Part shown: piece after piece, positions 28,854-39,052 of the stretch
Layout: every line of letters starts with the position of its first letter
Numbering within the stretch: position 1 is the stretch's first letter
Source of the DNA: an uncultured Chloroflexia bacterium
Lineage (GTDB): Bacteria; Chloroflexota; Limnocylindria; Limnocylindrales; CSP1-4
Direction: 5' to 3'
DNA: 64,000 nt
Assembly (NCBI GenBank): GCA_963713975.1
Contig: OY970218.1
Location: 960,001 to 1,024,000, forward strand
Translations under genes and position numbers: made by a program
Notes under the pieces: generated by a model
Told to the model about the DNA's origin: nothing
What the model saw: only the letters and a program-made list of their open reading frames with translations
The model's database searches: none

Positions 28854-29918
28854 CGGGAAGCCGTCGGCCTCCTCGTCCCACGGGCGATCCAGCGCGCCGC
28901 GGATCGCACCGGTCACGGGATCGACGAGGACGCCGTGGATACGAGGCGGCTTGGACTCGTACCAGGGCATCACCCCCACCTCCCACACGTCGGCCGCCGG
29001 GTCGTACCACAGGATCTCCTCGCGACCGTTCCCCAGGTCCTGCGTCTCCAGGTACGCGACGAACGACGGGTCCGCGAGCGCCGCGTCGATGACCTCGGGC
29101 GGCGTGAGGCGCTGGCCCTGCGCGCCGTCGACGATCCAGGCCGGGATGCCCAGTTCGAGCTTGCGGTCGGTGATGACCTCGGGTTCCCGGTGCCCGCGCC
29201 AGTAGTAGCCAGCGAAGCCGGTGATGGTCGCGGGCCCATCGGGCGGGAGTCCGCGCTTCACGTCGGCATACCCGGACCACCACAGCGTCCGACGGACCGC
29301 CTGCCCGGGCCGGATGATCTCGGTGATGCCGATGTCGGTGCAGCCGTAGGAGCCGGCTCCCAGCATCGCCCTGGGGACGAAGTTCAGTGCGGCGGGCCGC
29401 GGGCGATCGGTCGTGACGTACACGTTCAGCAGCCGGTTCTTGAACGACAGCGCCTGACCCGTCTGGTCGATGCCGGGCGGCCAGTCCATCTCGGACTGGC
29501 CATGGACCACCACGCTCGTCGCGCAGCCATCGTGGAGCCAGGTCACGTCATCCGTCCCCAGGTTGCTGACCGTCGTCCTGACCCAGCTGGGCTCGCCGGC
29601 CCGCAGCGGGTTCCGCTGGAGCTCCATCCGGACGCGGATGCCATCCTGCTCGGTCACCGCCACCCGCGGCAGCGAGTCCGGGGGCTCCGTCGGTGCGGTT
29701 GAGCCGGACGGCGTTGGTCCCGGCGAAGGGGTCGCGACCGGCGAGGCTGTCGCAGGCGGCGCGTCCGGCGGCGCAGAGGGAGACGGGGACGCGAGCGCGA
29801 CCGGGGAGGCCGGGGGTGCAGGGTTTGCGGTTGCCCTATCGGTCGAATCGGCCACACCGTCGCAGGCGGCAAGGAGCACGGAGGCGAGCAGCAGGACGGC
29901 CACACCACGAGCACGCAT
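28851..29918 (-). CDS. Lipoprotein of unknown function
   Basis: MRARGVAVLLLASVLLAAC lipobox, Pro/Ser-rich linker. Confidence 0.8.
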   Translation of the reverse strand: MRARGVAVLLLASVLLAACDGVADSTDRATANPAPPASPVALASPSPSAPPDAPPATASPVATPSPGPTPSGSTAPTEPPDSLPRVAVTEQDGIRVRMELQRNPLRAGEPSWVRTTVSNLGTDDVTWLHDGCATSVVVHGQSEMDWPPGIDQTGQALSFKNRLLNVYVTTDRPRPAALNFVPRAMLGAGSYGCTDIGITEIIRPGQAVRRTLWWSGYADVKRGLPPDGPATITGFAGYYWRGHREPEVITDRKLELGIPAWIVDGAQGQRLTPPEVIDAALADPSFVAYLETQDLGNGREEILWYDPAADVWEVGVMPWYESKPPRIHGVLVDPVTGAIRGALDRPWDEEADGFP

Positions 29919-30087
29919 CGGCAGATCCCTGGGTACGGACACGCACAGGGGACGATACACGTCCCGCGGGACACCGGGACCGTTGGCGCCTTGACCGCGA
30001 CCGGCGACGCTCGTACAGTGCGGCCGCCGCACCGGGGACCGGGGGTCCGCGCGGTGACTACGTCCCTCGGCGTAAAAGGAACCACCA

Positions 30088-30738
30088 ATGACGATCGATC
30101 GACGCCTGATCGCAGGCGCGCTGGGCCTCACCATGGTGCTCGCCGCGTGTGGCGGCACATCCACGGCCACAACGGACCCGGCAGCCACGGCCGCAGCCAC
30201 CGACGCCCCAACGGATGAGCCCGCCGCCACGCCCGAGATGACCGAGGAACCGCAGGCAACCGATGAGCCCGCAGCCACCGACGACGGCGGCGGCACACTC
30301 GGCGGCCAGGTCAACGACCTCGCCGCCATGCTGCCCGAGAAGGTCGGCGACATCACGTTCGAGCGTGTCGGCTACGACGGCAGCCAGCTGGGCCTCGTCG
30401 GGGCGGCAGCGGGCCTCAGCGGCAGCGAGCTGGACCCGATCCTCAAAGCCAAGGGCAAGACGCTCAACGACGTGAACTTCGCGATCGCCACGTCCGCGGG
30501 CGGGACCGGCGGCATGATCTACGCGATCCAGATCGAGGGCCTGGACGCGAGCGAGTTCGCCGCGAGCTTGGGCATGGACCCGGGCTCGATGCCCAAGACG
30601 ACGCTGGGCGGCAAGTCGGTCTACGGCGAGGCGGCGGGCGGCTTCGGCGCGTTCGCCTACCCCAAGGACGACAAGCTGTTCATGGTGCTGCTCATGGACG
30701 AGCAGGCTGCGGCCTCGGTCTTCGAACAGCTTCCCTGA
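30088..30738 (+). CDS. Lipoprotein of unknown function
   Basis: MVLAAC lipobox, acidic TDEPAAT linker, SD AAGGA. Confidence 0.85.
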   Translation: MTIDRRLIAGALGLTMVLAACGGTSTATTDPAATAAATDAPTDEPAATPEMTEEPQATDEPAATDDGGGTLGGQVNDLAAMLPEKVGDITFERVGYDGSQLGLVGAAAGLSGSELDPILKAKGKTLNDVNFAIATSAGGTGGMIYAIQIEGLDASEFAASLGMDPGSMPKTTLGGKSVYGEAAGGFGAFAYPKDDKLFMVLLMDEQAAASVFEQLP

Positions 30739-30775
30739 TCCGGGGGCGGCCCGGCCGTCCGCTACCAGAGAACAC

Positions 30776-30804
30776 GAACCCGGCCGGGCAGCCCGGCCGG
30801 GTTC
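30776..30804. terminator. Hairpin between convergent genes
   Basis: GAACCCGGCCGGG-CAG-CCCGGCCGGGTTC, 13-bp stem. Confidence 0.7.
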
Positions 30805-30822
30805 TCGCTTGCCGGCCCCGGT

Positions 30823-32502
30823 TCAGCGCAGGACGATGAACCCGTCCACGCCAACCGTCGGGCGGCCCGCCGTGCCCGAGACCACCACACGGATCGTGTG
30901 GATCCCACGCGCGCTCCAGTGCTTCCTGAACACGATGCGGGCGGGTGCGTCTGCTGTGGCAGCCAGGTCAACGGTCTTGGAGAGCTCCCCATCCACGTAG
31001 ACCTTGGCCTTGCCATGCCCGGGCCCACGCTCGGCGATCCAGGCGAGGTCCCTGCCGCTGAACGTGAAGCGGGCCGCGGACCCGGCAACGACCGACTCGC
31101 GAAGGGAGCCGCCACGGGCTGTCGCATCCGCGACGATCGTCCACGCTGGGGTGTAGCGGATCGCGGTCGACGCGTCCCCGGCCATGCGGACCCTGAAGGT
31201 GGGTCCGTACTGCCAGCGGCCGACGTTGCCGTACTTGTCGATCGCCCGCACCCGGTAGCGATACGCATGGCCGGCGACGAGCGACTGGGTCGTGGTCTTG
31301 ACCTTGGCGGAGACGACCCGCTTCCAGGCACCGCCGTCGGCACTCCGATCCAACTGGTACTTCGCGATCCCCCAGCCGCGGTCAGAGCCATCCCACGTGA
31401 TCGTCGCGGGGACCGACGCGCCGCCCGCGGCCCCGGAGCCGACGTGCTGCCGTGGCGTCGTCGTGGTCGGCCGGTAGGAGTCGCGATAGCGGACCGGGGG
31501 GTCGTACATCGCATAGAAGAAGAGTCCGGACATCCGCTGCCAGCCGACCACGAGGTTCCCCGCCCGGCGAGGCGTGATGGTCAGCGTCGAGCCGCCATGG
31601 ACCTCCCAGACATCGGGGTTGTCTCCGGATCCCAGCCAGGCACGCCAGACGCTGCTGGAGCCGGCGGACGCGCCCCCGATCAGGTATCGCGTGTAGGTGA
31701 CGGGATTGCCGACGATGGGCGTGTACGTGCTGGGCAGCACCTGGGCGATCGGCAGGTTGGACGAGGTGATCCGGCGCTCGGTGCCGTCCTGGGCCGCATC
31801 GAACCGGACATGGGCACCTCCGCCGAATGCGATCTCGCCGTCCTCCTCCGGGGTGCCGACGGTGACGTACAGCTCGAACTGGCGGTACGGCACCCATGGC
31901 AGCCTGAAGGTCCAGGTCGGGCAAGTCCCACTGACCGCGTGGGCATCGAAGCCAAGGGCGCCGAAGGTCTCATCGTAGTCGTTCTGGAGGAGCGACCGGT
32001 CGTTGCCCCACCGGAACTCGTAGCGGCACATGGATCCCGTTGGCAGGCTGTAATCGGCCGGATACGCGAATGTGAAGGTGAACGGATGACCCGTGATCGC
32101 CGGGTCCGGCATCCCGAGCGTCATCCTTGCGTTGATGCCCGGCGTGACCTGGCCATAGAAGATCGATGTCGTGTCGGCGAAGACCTGGACGCTCACCGTC
32201 TTGAGCCCGTAGCCCTCACAGCCGGGCAGGTCGAGGCTCACCACGAACCGCGAGGCGAATGGGTACGGATCGCTCGCGTGGGCTCCGCCATCGCACGAGA
32301 TCACGACGGTCCGGGCGCCGCCCGGATCCGGGATCGCATAGAAGATCAGGGTCATGTCGCGCGCGTAGTTGTTCTTGTCGAAGTCGACCGTGGGGGTGGT
32401 CGGCGTCTTCGCCTCGACCGGGCTCACGAGCCCGGGCGTCACCAGGAGCGTCAGGGCAAGGGCCGCGCCGACGAACGCGCGTGGAGTACGACGAGCGTGC
32501 AC
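30823..32502 (-). CDS. Secreted beta-rich protein with FN3-like and C-terminal beta-sandwich domains
   Basis: Signal peptide ...PVEA; GHAYRYRVRAIDKYGN; ARFTFSG...GPGHGKAKVYVDG; SD GGAGG. Confidence 0.8.
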   Translation of the reverse strand: MHARRTPRAFVGAALALTLLVTPGLVSPVEAKTPTTPTVDFDKNNYARDMTLIFYAIPDPGGARTVVISCDGGAHASDPYPFASRFVVSLDLPGCEGYGLKTVSVQVFADTTSIFYGQVTPGINARMTLGMPDPAITGHPFTFTFAYPADYSLPTGSMCRYEFRWGNDRSLLQNDYDETFGALGFDAHAVSGTCPTWTFRLPWVPYRQFELYVTVGTPEEDGEIAFGGGAHVRFDAAQDGTERRITSSNLPIAQVLPSTYTPIVGNPVTYTRYLIGGASAGSSSVWRAWLGSGDNPDVWEVHGGSTLTITPRRAGNLVVGWQRMSGLFFYAMYDPPVRYRDSYRPTTTTPRQHVGSGAAGGASVPATITWDGSDRGWGIAKYQLDRSADGGAWKRVVSAKVKTTTQSLVAGHAYRYRVRAIDKYGNVGRWQYGPTFRVRMAGDASTAIRYTPAWTIVADATARGGSLRESVVAGSAARFTFSGRDLAWIAERGPGHGKAKVYVDGELSKTVDLAATADAPARIVFRKHWSARGIHTIRVVVSGTAGRPTVGVDGFIVLR

Positions 32503-32656
32503 GGATTCCTCCCCGGATGGCGCATCGACAACGTGGGACGGCCGCCGCCGACGGTACGCGGCACGCCGATGCACGGCAACGTGCCATTGGTCATCGACCC
32601 GGATACTGCGAAGCCCGGCGCCGGGCCGGGCTCCAGGGTCGCTGCGCACGCCGGGA

Positions 32657-32992
32657 CTAGTCGCCGATCACGCTCCAGATCAGGCCCATCATGATGAAGA
32701 ACCCGCTGAACATGGCGATCAGGCCCAAGCCCCCGTACGGCGAGCTGGCGCCCTCGTGCGGGACGAGCTGCAGCCCGATCCCGAACACGATCGCCCAGGC
32801 GACAAACAGGGCCGCGAACAACAGCTTGGAGTTGGGGCCCGTGACCCGGCGGGACCAGCCCGGCCGGCCGCCCTCGGCCACCATCGCGGATCGTGCGAAT
32901 GTGTAGACGAACCCGCCGGCGAGCAGGGTCGCAGCCAGGAAGATGACGAGGTTGTTCGGGAAGTCCTGGAACCAGATGGTGAAGATCGTCAC
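32657..32992 (-). CDS. Small membrane protein (3 TM)
   Basis: Three hydrophobic helices; start uncertain. Confidence 0.65.
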   Translation of the reverse strand: MTIFTIWFQDFPNNLVIFLAATLLAGGFVYTFARSAMVAEGGRPGWSRRVTGPNSKLLFAALFVAWAIVFGIGLQLVPHEGASSPYGGLGLIAMFSGFFIMMGLIWSVIGD

Positions 32993-33215
32993 GCGTGGCG
33001 GCCCTCGGACGGTAAGGCTTGGCATCACGACGCCGCGGCGTGCCACGGCCGGACGATGCTAGCAGAACCGGTCACCGGGGAGACAGGGGGATCCGTTCCG
33101 GGACCGGTCAGCGCGCTACGCCGATCGACAGTAACATGCTACCGCTCAATCGCACGTTACCCGATCTAGCCCGTCCACCCATCCGCCGGACCCTGCTCCC
33201 CGAACCGGATCACGC

Positions 33216-35483
33216 ATGAGCTTCGACAGTCTCGGCCGCTTCGCCGTCCGCCGCCGGTGGTGGATCGTGACCGCGTGGGCCATCCTCATCCTCGTCGCGC
33301 TGCCGCTTGCGCCCCAGGCCCCCGGGGCCCTGTCTGCCGGCGGCTTCATCCTCGACGACCTCGAGTCGGCCCGGGCGAAGCAGCTCCTGTCCGAGGAGCT
33401 GGGCCTCGAGCCGTCCGCGTTCGTGCTGGTCTACACGTCCGACACGCTCACCGCGGGAACGCCCGAGTGGCTGGCGGCGGTGCGCGCCGCAACCGTGGAT
33501 GTCGCCACGGCACCGCATGTGACCCGGGTCCTGTCGCACGTCCTCGCCCCGCGCCAGGTCTCGGCCGGCGGTCACACGGCGTACGACATCGTCTTCCTGG
33601 ACTTGCCGCCGGACGATTCGCCCGATGCCATCCCGCCGGTGGCCGCCGCCCTCCGGGACGTGCCCGGGCTCACCGTCCGCATCGGCGGCGGCCCCGCGTT
33701 CTACGGTGACGTCCAGGCCGTCACCGAGACCGACCTGCGGCGCAGCGAGCTGATCTCCCTGCCGCTTGCGGCCCTCGCCCTTGTCCTGGTGTTCGGGAGC
33801 ATGGTCGCCGCGGGGGTGCCGCTCGCGGTGGGCGGGGCGGCGGTGCTCGTGGCCCTGGCCGGGATCTTCATCGTCGCCTCGTTCGTTCCCATGAGCATCT
33901 TCGTGCTCAACCTGGCCACGCTCCTCGGGCTGGGTTTGGGCGTGGACTACTCGCTCCTGATGACCAGCCGGTTCCGCGAGGAGCTGGCCAGGCGCGAGGG
34001 GCCGGACCGGGTCGGGGAGGCCGTGCGGATCACCGTCGCCACGGCCGGCCGGGCGGTCTTCTTCTCGGCGCTCACGGTCCTGCTCGGCCTGCTTGGCCTG
34101 GTCCTGTTCGAGTTCATGATCCTGCGCTCGGTCGGCATCGCCGGGGCCATGGTCGTCGGGCTGGCCGGTGCCGCGGCGCTGACCCTCCTGCCGGCGATCC
34201 TGGCCATCATCGGGACACGGATCGACGCCCTCGGCGTCCGCAAGGTGACCGTGGAGCCGGGATCCGACGGCCCGTGGGCGCGCCTGGCCCGCCGCGTCAT
34301 GCGTCACCCGGTGGCGGTCCTCATCCCTACCCTGACGCTGCTGATCGTGCTCGGACTCCCCTTCCTCAGCGTGCGCTTCAACGCACCGGACGCGACGATC
34401 CTGCCGCAGTCGGTGCCGTCACGGGAGACGTACGACATCCTCGCGAGCGAGTTCGGCGAGGGGGAGTTCGCTCCCCTGTTCGTCGCGATCCGGACCACCG
34501 GTGACGCGACGGGCCCCGGGAACGTGGCCGCGCTCTACGACTACTCGCGCCGGCTGGCCGCCGACCCCCGCGTCACCCGCGTGGCCGGGCTGGTGGACGT
34601 GGATCCGCGGATCACCCGGGAGCAGTACCAGCTCCTCTACGGGTCCGCGGGTGGGCCGCCGGACCGGTTCGTGACCGCCTCGCTCACCTCGACCACCCGT
34701 GGCGACCTCACCGTGTTCACGATCACGACCCCGTTCGGGCCGAACAACGAGGAGGCGCGGGCACTCGTCCGCGAGCTGCGGGCATCAACGGGCCCGCTCG
34801 CCGCGCCGGCGGGTGCCTCCATCATGGTCGGCGGCGGCGCCGCCGACGTCGATGACGTCGTCTCACGCGTCTGGTCCGACTTCCCACGCACCGCGGCGTT
34901 CATCGTGGTGACCACGTTCCTGGTCCTGTTCGTCCTGCTCCGGTCCGTCGTCCTGCCGGTCAAGGCGCTGGTGATGAACACCCTGTCGATCGTCGCCAGC
35001 TTCGGCGCGCTGGTCTGGATCTTCCAGGAGGGCAACCTCTCGGCACTGCTCGGGTTCCAGCCCCTGGGCTTCGTAGAGACCACCCTGCCCGTGATCCTGT
35101 TCTGCGTCCTGTTCGGGCTGTCCATGGACTACGAGGTGTTCCTGCTGTCGCGCATGAAGGAGGCCTGGGACCGGACCGGGGACAACACCGAGGCGGTCGC
35201 CCGTGGCCTGGAGCGCAGCGGGCGGATCGTGAGCTCGGCTGCGCTGATCGTCGTGGTCGTCGCGGGCTCGTTCGCGTTCGCCGACATCGTGCTCATCAAG
35301 GCGCTGGGTCTGGGCGTCGCCATCGCCGTGACGCTGGACGCGACCATCGTCCGTGCGCTGCTCGTCCCCGCGACGATGCGCCTCCTTGGCCGCTGGAACT
35401 GGTGGGTTCCCCGGCGCCTGGATCGTGCCCTGCAGGGCGTCCTGCCGCGCACGGAGGCCGAGGTGGAGGCCAGCGTCCGATGA
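33216..35483 (+). CDS. MMPL/RND-family transporter
   Basis: GLGVDYSLLMTSRFREE and GLSMDYEVFLLSR repeats; GRWNWW. Confidence 0.95.
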   Translation: MSFDSLGRFAVRRRWWIVTAWAILILVALPLAPQAPGALSAGGFILDDLESARAKQLLSEELGLEPSAFVLVYTSDTLTAGTPEWLAAVRAATVDVATAPHVTRVLSHVLAPRQVSAGGHTAYDIVFLDLPPDDSPDAIPPVAAALRDVPGLTVRIGGGPAFYGDVQAVTETDLRRSELISLPLAALALVLVFGSMVAAGVPLAVGGAAVLVALAGIFIVASFVPMSIFVLNLATLLGLGLGVDYSLLMTSRFREELARREGPDRVGEAVRITVATAGRAVFFSALTVLLGLLGLVLFEFMILRSVGIAGAMVVGLAGAAALTLLPAILAIIGTRIDALGVRKVTVEPGSDGPWARLARRVMRHPVAVLIPTLTLLIVLGLPFLSVRFNAPDATILPQSVPSRETYDILASEFGEGEFAPLFVAIRTTGDATGPGNVAALYDYSRRLAADPRVTRVAGLVDVDPRITREQYQLLYGSAGGPPDRFVTASLTSTTRGDLTVFTITTPFGPNNEEARALVRELRASTGPLAAPAGASIMVGGGAADVDDVVSRVWSDFPRTAAFIVVTTFLVLFVLLRSVVLPVKALVMNTLSIVASFGALVWIFQEGNLSALLGFQPLGFVETTLPVILFCVLFGLSMDYEVFLLSRMKEAWDRTGDNTEAVARGLERSGRIVSSAALIVVVVAGSFAFADIVLIKALGLGVAIAVTLDATIVRALLVPATMRLLGRWNWWVPRRLDRALQGVLPRTEAEVEASVR

Positions 35484-36649
35484 GCCGCCACGTCCTGCTG
35501 CTGCTCGCGCTCATCGCCGTGGTCGTCGCGGCATGCGGTGGTCCCGTGCTCGCCAATCCGCCGGCCGCGCGTCCCGCCGCGATCCCGGAGGCCTCCGTGA
35601 CCCCGGCGCCGCCCGATCCCCGGCCGGTGATCCTGCCCCGCGACGACGGGCCCCACGATCGCCTGACCGAGTGGTGGTACTACACGGGGCACCTCCGGGC
35701 AGAGGATGGCAGCCGGTTCGGCTTCGAGTACGTCGTCTTCCGTGCCGAGCGAGGAAGCTTCCCGGTGACGTGGGCGTCGCACCTCGCGATCACCGACGAA
35801 ACCGGCGGCCGGTTCCACTACGCCCAGCGCGCCGAGATCGGCTCCCAGGCCGACAGGTCACCACGTGAGGACGGCGTCCCGACCGGCTTCGCGCTCGCCG
35901 TGGGTGGCCTCAACCCCCAGGAGCCCGCAACGCTATCGGGCGCGCCATGGGTCATGGCCGGGAGCGGCGGCTCGGACAAGCTGAAGGCGGCCGCGACCGG
36001 CACCGAGGTGGCGGGGGATCGGGTCTCCGGCTTCGGGCTCGAGCTGGCGCTTGCCCAGCGCAAGCCACCCGTCTTCCACGATGGCGACGGCTACGTCGAC
36101 TTCGGGCCCGCGGGCGGCTCCTACTACTACTCGCGGACGGCGATGGACGCGACGGGGACGATCGCTCTCGGCGACCGCGTGCTGGCAGTGACGGGCGACG
36201 CCTGGTTCGATCACCAGTGGGGCGACTTCATCTCGGTCGGCGCGGGCGGCTGGGACTGGTTCGCGATCAACCTGGACGACGGGACGGACGTCACCCTGTC
36301 CCTGGTTCGGGCCGCAGACGGCAGCTACCCCCTGGTCTACGGGACGCTCGTGGATGCCGACGGGGGGACGAGCCACCTGGGGCCGGGCGACTTCACGGTG
36401 GAGGTGACCGGCGACTGGACCAGCCCGGCCACGGGTGCCGTCTACCCGGCAGCCTGGACGTTGACCCTCCCCGGCGAGGACCTGGAGATCCGGCTCGAAC
36501 CCACCGTGTCCCGCCAGGAGCTGGACACGCGTGCCACGACGGGCGTCACCTACTGGGAGGGTTCCCAGCGTGTCAGCGCGTCGCGGGCAGGCCGGGCGCT
36601 TGCCGGCGAGGGCTACGTCGAGCTCACGGGGTACGCCCCCGAACGCTGA
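35480..36649 (+). CDS. AttH/CrtC-like lipocalin-fold lipoprotein
   Basis: Lipobox VVAAC; EWWYYTG, SYYYS, AWFDHQW, GWDWF, YWEG, GYVELTGY. Confidence 0.9.
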   Translation: MSRHVLLLLALIAVVVAACGGPVLANPPAARPAAIPEASVTPAPPDPRPVILPRDDGPHDRLTEWWYYTGHLRAEDGSRFGFEYVVFRAERGSFPVTWASHLAITDETGGRFHYAQRAEIGSQADRSPREDGVPTGFALAVGGLNPQEPATLSGAPWVMAGSGGSDKLKAAATGTEVAGDRVSGFGLELALAQRKPPVFHDGDGYVDFGPAGGSYYYSRTAMDATGTIALGDRVLAVTGDAWFDHQWGDFISVGAGGWDWFAINLDDGTDVTLSLVRAADGSYPLVYGTLVDADGGTSHLGPGDFTVEVTGDWTSPATGAVYPAAWTLTLPGEDLEIRLEPTVSRQELDTRATTGVTYWEGSQRVSASRAGRALAGEGYVELTGYAPER

Positions 36650-36653
36650 AGCG

Positions 36654-37088
36654 TCAGGTGCGCCTGAGTGCCAGGCCTGCCGTCACCACGGCCACGACAA
36701 TCGAGATCGCGAAGGCCACGCACCACAGGCAAATCGCGTGGATCACGAACAGCTCCAGATACGTCAGGTAGGCGGCGAACAGCGTGGAGAGCAGCAGCAG
36801 GCCATAGGCGGCGAGCAGCGCTCGTCGGTCGGACCTGAGCCACCACAGGACGGAGCAGACGACGAGCACGAGCGACATCCCGACGCCCAGGAACGCGACC
36901 GGGATCCCGAGGATCAACGCGTACTCCGACACGGCCACGGTCTCGCAGCCCTTGCTCGGGCCGCACGCCGGTGCCTCGCCGAGGATCCGCACGACCGCCA
37001 GGTAGCCGGCGATCACGAGGCCCGCCAGCGTGGCCAGCACGAGGGGCAGTCCCAGCGGGCCACGCGGGGGGCGTTCGATGACCGCCAC
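36654..37088 (-). CDS. Vitamin K epoxide reductase (VKOR) family
   Basis: Loop Cys pair CGPSKGC, YLTYLE, CLWC. Confidence 0.92.
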   Translation of the reverse strand: MAVIERPPRGPLGLPLVLATLAGLVIAGYLAVVRILGEAPACGPSKGCETVAVSEYALILGIPVAFLGVGMSLVLVVCSVLWWLRSDRRALLAAYGLLLLSTLFAAYLTYLELFVIHAICLWCVAFAISIVVAVVTAGLALRRT

Positions 37089-37093
37089 CGGGA

Positions 37094-37939
37094 TCAGGGG
37101 TTGGTGCTCGGCGAGGCCGACGGCGCCCCACCGGCTTTGGCCTGCTCGGCCTCGATCAGGGCGCCCAGCTCGGCGGCGCTCTTGAGGCCCACGATCAACT
37201 CCCCGCCGTTGAGGCGGAACGTCGGCGTTGAGTTGATCCCAATGCCGAGCGCGTCAGTGGTCGATGCCGTGACATGGGCCAGCGCCGCATCGGAGTCCTG
37301 GCAGGCGCTGAACGCGCCCTCCTCGACGCCCGCGGCAACCGCGATCTGGGTCACGCGCTCACGGTTGAAGCCGCCCTGGTTCTCGCCATCCTGGTTGTTG
37401 TAGATCCAGTGGGCGTACGGCCAGTAGACACCCTGCTCGTTTGCGCAGTAGGCGCCCGTCGCCGTGAGCTTGGACTCGTCCTCGGCACCGCCGGTGCCCA
37501 GGAAGGCGATGTCGTTGTGCACGATACGCAGCACCCCGGCATTGACGTACTTGTTGACCAGCGAGGGCTCGACCTCCAGGGAGTACCGGGCGCAGACCGG
37601 GCACTGGTAGTCCTCGTAGACCTCCATGACGACGGGCGCGGACGAGGATCCGATGGTGGTGCCGTCGAGGATCGCTGCCTGGTAGGCGAAGCCGGGGTCC
37701 TTGAGCGTTCCGACGGTGGTCCTGTTGCCCAGCTGGCCGACAGCCACGATTGCGACGAGCACCACGCCGATCGCGATCGCCGCGATCGTCATGTTGCGGG
37801 CGTTGATGAACGATGAGCCGCCACCCCCGGCGTCGCTGCGCGTGCGTCGTTCGTCCCGCGCTGTCTCGAAGCGGTCGCGGCGCTCCGCGGCGCGACGGTC
37901 CCGGCGGGTGGTCGGGGTGGTGGGCTGCTTGCCGCTCAG
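37094..37939 (-). CDS. DsbA-family membrane-anchored oxidoreductase; probable CTG start
   Basis: EDYQCPVC, GINSTPTF; Arg-rich N-tail plus TM; SD GGAGG 6 nt before CTG 37939. Confidence 0.9.
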   Translation of the reverse strand: MSGKQPTTPTTRRDRRAAERRDRFETARDERRTRSDAGGGGSSFINARNMTIAAIAIGVVLVAIVAVGQLGNRTTVGTLKDPGFAYQAAILDGTTIGSSSAPVVMEVYEDYQCPVCARYSLEVEPSLVNKYVNAGVLRIVHNDIAFLGTGGAEDESKLTATGAYCANEQGVYWPYAHWIYNNQDGENQGGFNRERVTQIAVAAGVEEGAFSACQDSDAALAHVTASTTDALGIGINSTPTFRLNGGELIVGLKSAAELGALIEAEQAKAGGAPSASPSTNP

Positions 37940-38111
37940 GGGAGACCTCCGTGTTCATGTGGGCGCGAGATGCCCTGCATTGTCGCGCAAGAACGCCCAG
38001 GAAGCCTCGCTTGCCGGTCGATGGTGCAGGAAGGGGCGTTCGTCCCCACCAACCGGGCCGCTCGGACCGGGCGGTTCCCCGCGATTCGCCGGTGGCAGCG
38101 CAGCCGTGTAG

Positions 38112-38128
38112 ATGATACTGTGTCTCAT
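38112..38128. promoter_or_regulatory. Putative Zur/Fur box
   Basis: ATGATACTGTGTCTCAT, imperfect 7-1-7 palindrome abutting the ATG of the metal ABC operon that encodes a Fur-family protein. Confidence 0.65.
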
Positions 38129-39052
38129 ATGGAGCCCGCTGGTACCCCCATCACCGCCCCGCCGCAGCCATCCGGACCGCCGCCCGGGGGCGAGCACGTC
38201 CACGCGACCGGGTCCGAGCACCTGTTCGATCCCGCTCACGCCCACGCGCATGCGGATGTCTGGCTGAGCGATGTCACCACCGGCTACGGAGACCGGGCCG
38301 CGGTCGAGCACGTGACCGTGGCCGTCGAGCCGGGGAGCCTGCTCGCCGTCGTGGGCCCCAACGGGGCCGGCAAGAGCACGCTGCTCAAGCTGATGGCCGG
38401 GCTATTGAGGCCGTGGTCGGGGCGGATCGAGATCCTGGGAGCCCCCGCCGGCCGCGAATCGCGCCGCGTGGCCTACGTGCCGCAGGCGGAGCTCGTGGAC
38501 TGGGCGTTCCCGGTCACCGTCGAGGACGTGGTGATGATGGGCCGCTACCCGCGGCTGGGGCTGCGACGACCTGGCAAGGACGACCGGCGATCCGTGCGCG
38601 ACGCGCTGGAGCAGGTCCGCATGGATGATCACCTGCGGACGCAGATCGGACGCCTGTCGGGTGGCCAGCGCCGTCGCGTCTTCCTGGCCCGCGCGCTGGC
38701 CGCAGAGCCGGACCTGTTCCTCCTGGACGAGCCGGTCACGGGGATCGATGCCACGACCCAGGAGCTCCTGATGGACATCCTCGAGGCCCAGGCGGCGCGC
38801 GGCAAGACCGTCGTGGCCACCACCCACGACCTCGTCTGCGCCGCCCAGCGGTTCCAGCAGGTCCTGGCGATCAACCGGACGGTCGTGGCCTACGGACCGT
38901 CCAACCTCGTCCTCGACGCCGACGTCCTGGCGGCGGCCTACGGCGGGCACCTCCTGGTGCTGGAGGGCCGCACGATGGTCCTCGACGACGCGCACCACCA
39001 CGACGACGCCGCCCCCGGCGAGCGCCATTTCCACGATGCGGAGGGTGGCTGA
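38129..39052 (+). CDS. znuC: Zn/Mn ABC transporter ATPase
   Basis: GPNGAGKST, YVPQ, LSGGQRRR, LLDEP; His-rich termini. Confidence 0.88.
   Translation: MEPAGTPITAPPQPSGPPPGGEHVHATGSEHLFDPAHAHAHADVWLSDVTTGYGDRAAVEHVTVAVEPGSLLAVVGPNGAGKSTLLKLMAGLLRPWSGRIEILGAPAGRESRRVAYVPQAELVDWAFPVTVEDVVMMGRYPRLGLRRPGKDDRRSVRDALEQVRMDDHLRTQIGRLSGGQRRRVFLARALAAEPDLFLLDEPVTGIDATTQELLMDILEAQAARGKTVVATTHDLVCAAQRFQQVLAINRTVVAYGPSNLVLDADVLAAAYGGHLLVLEGRTMVLDDAHHHDDAAPGERHFHDAEGG

Noticed and set aside
35480-36649. Carotenoid 1,2-hydratase crtC gene call
   Set aside because: It has a lipoprotein signal and no crt genes nearby; better described as AttH-like.
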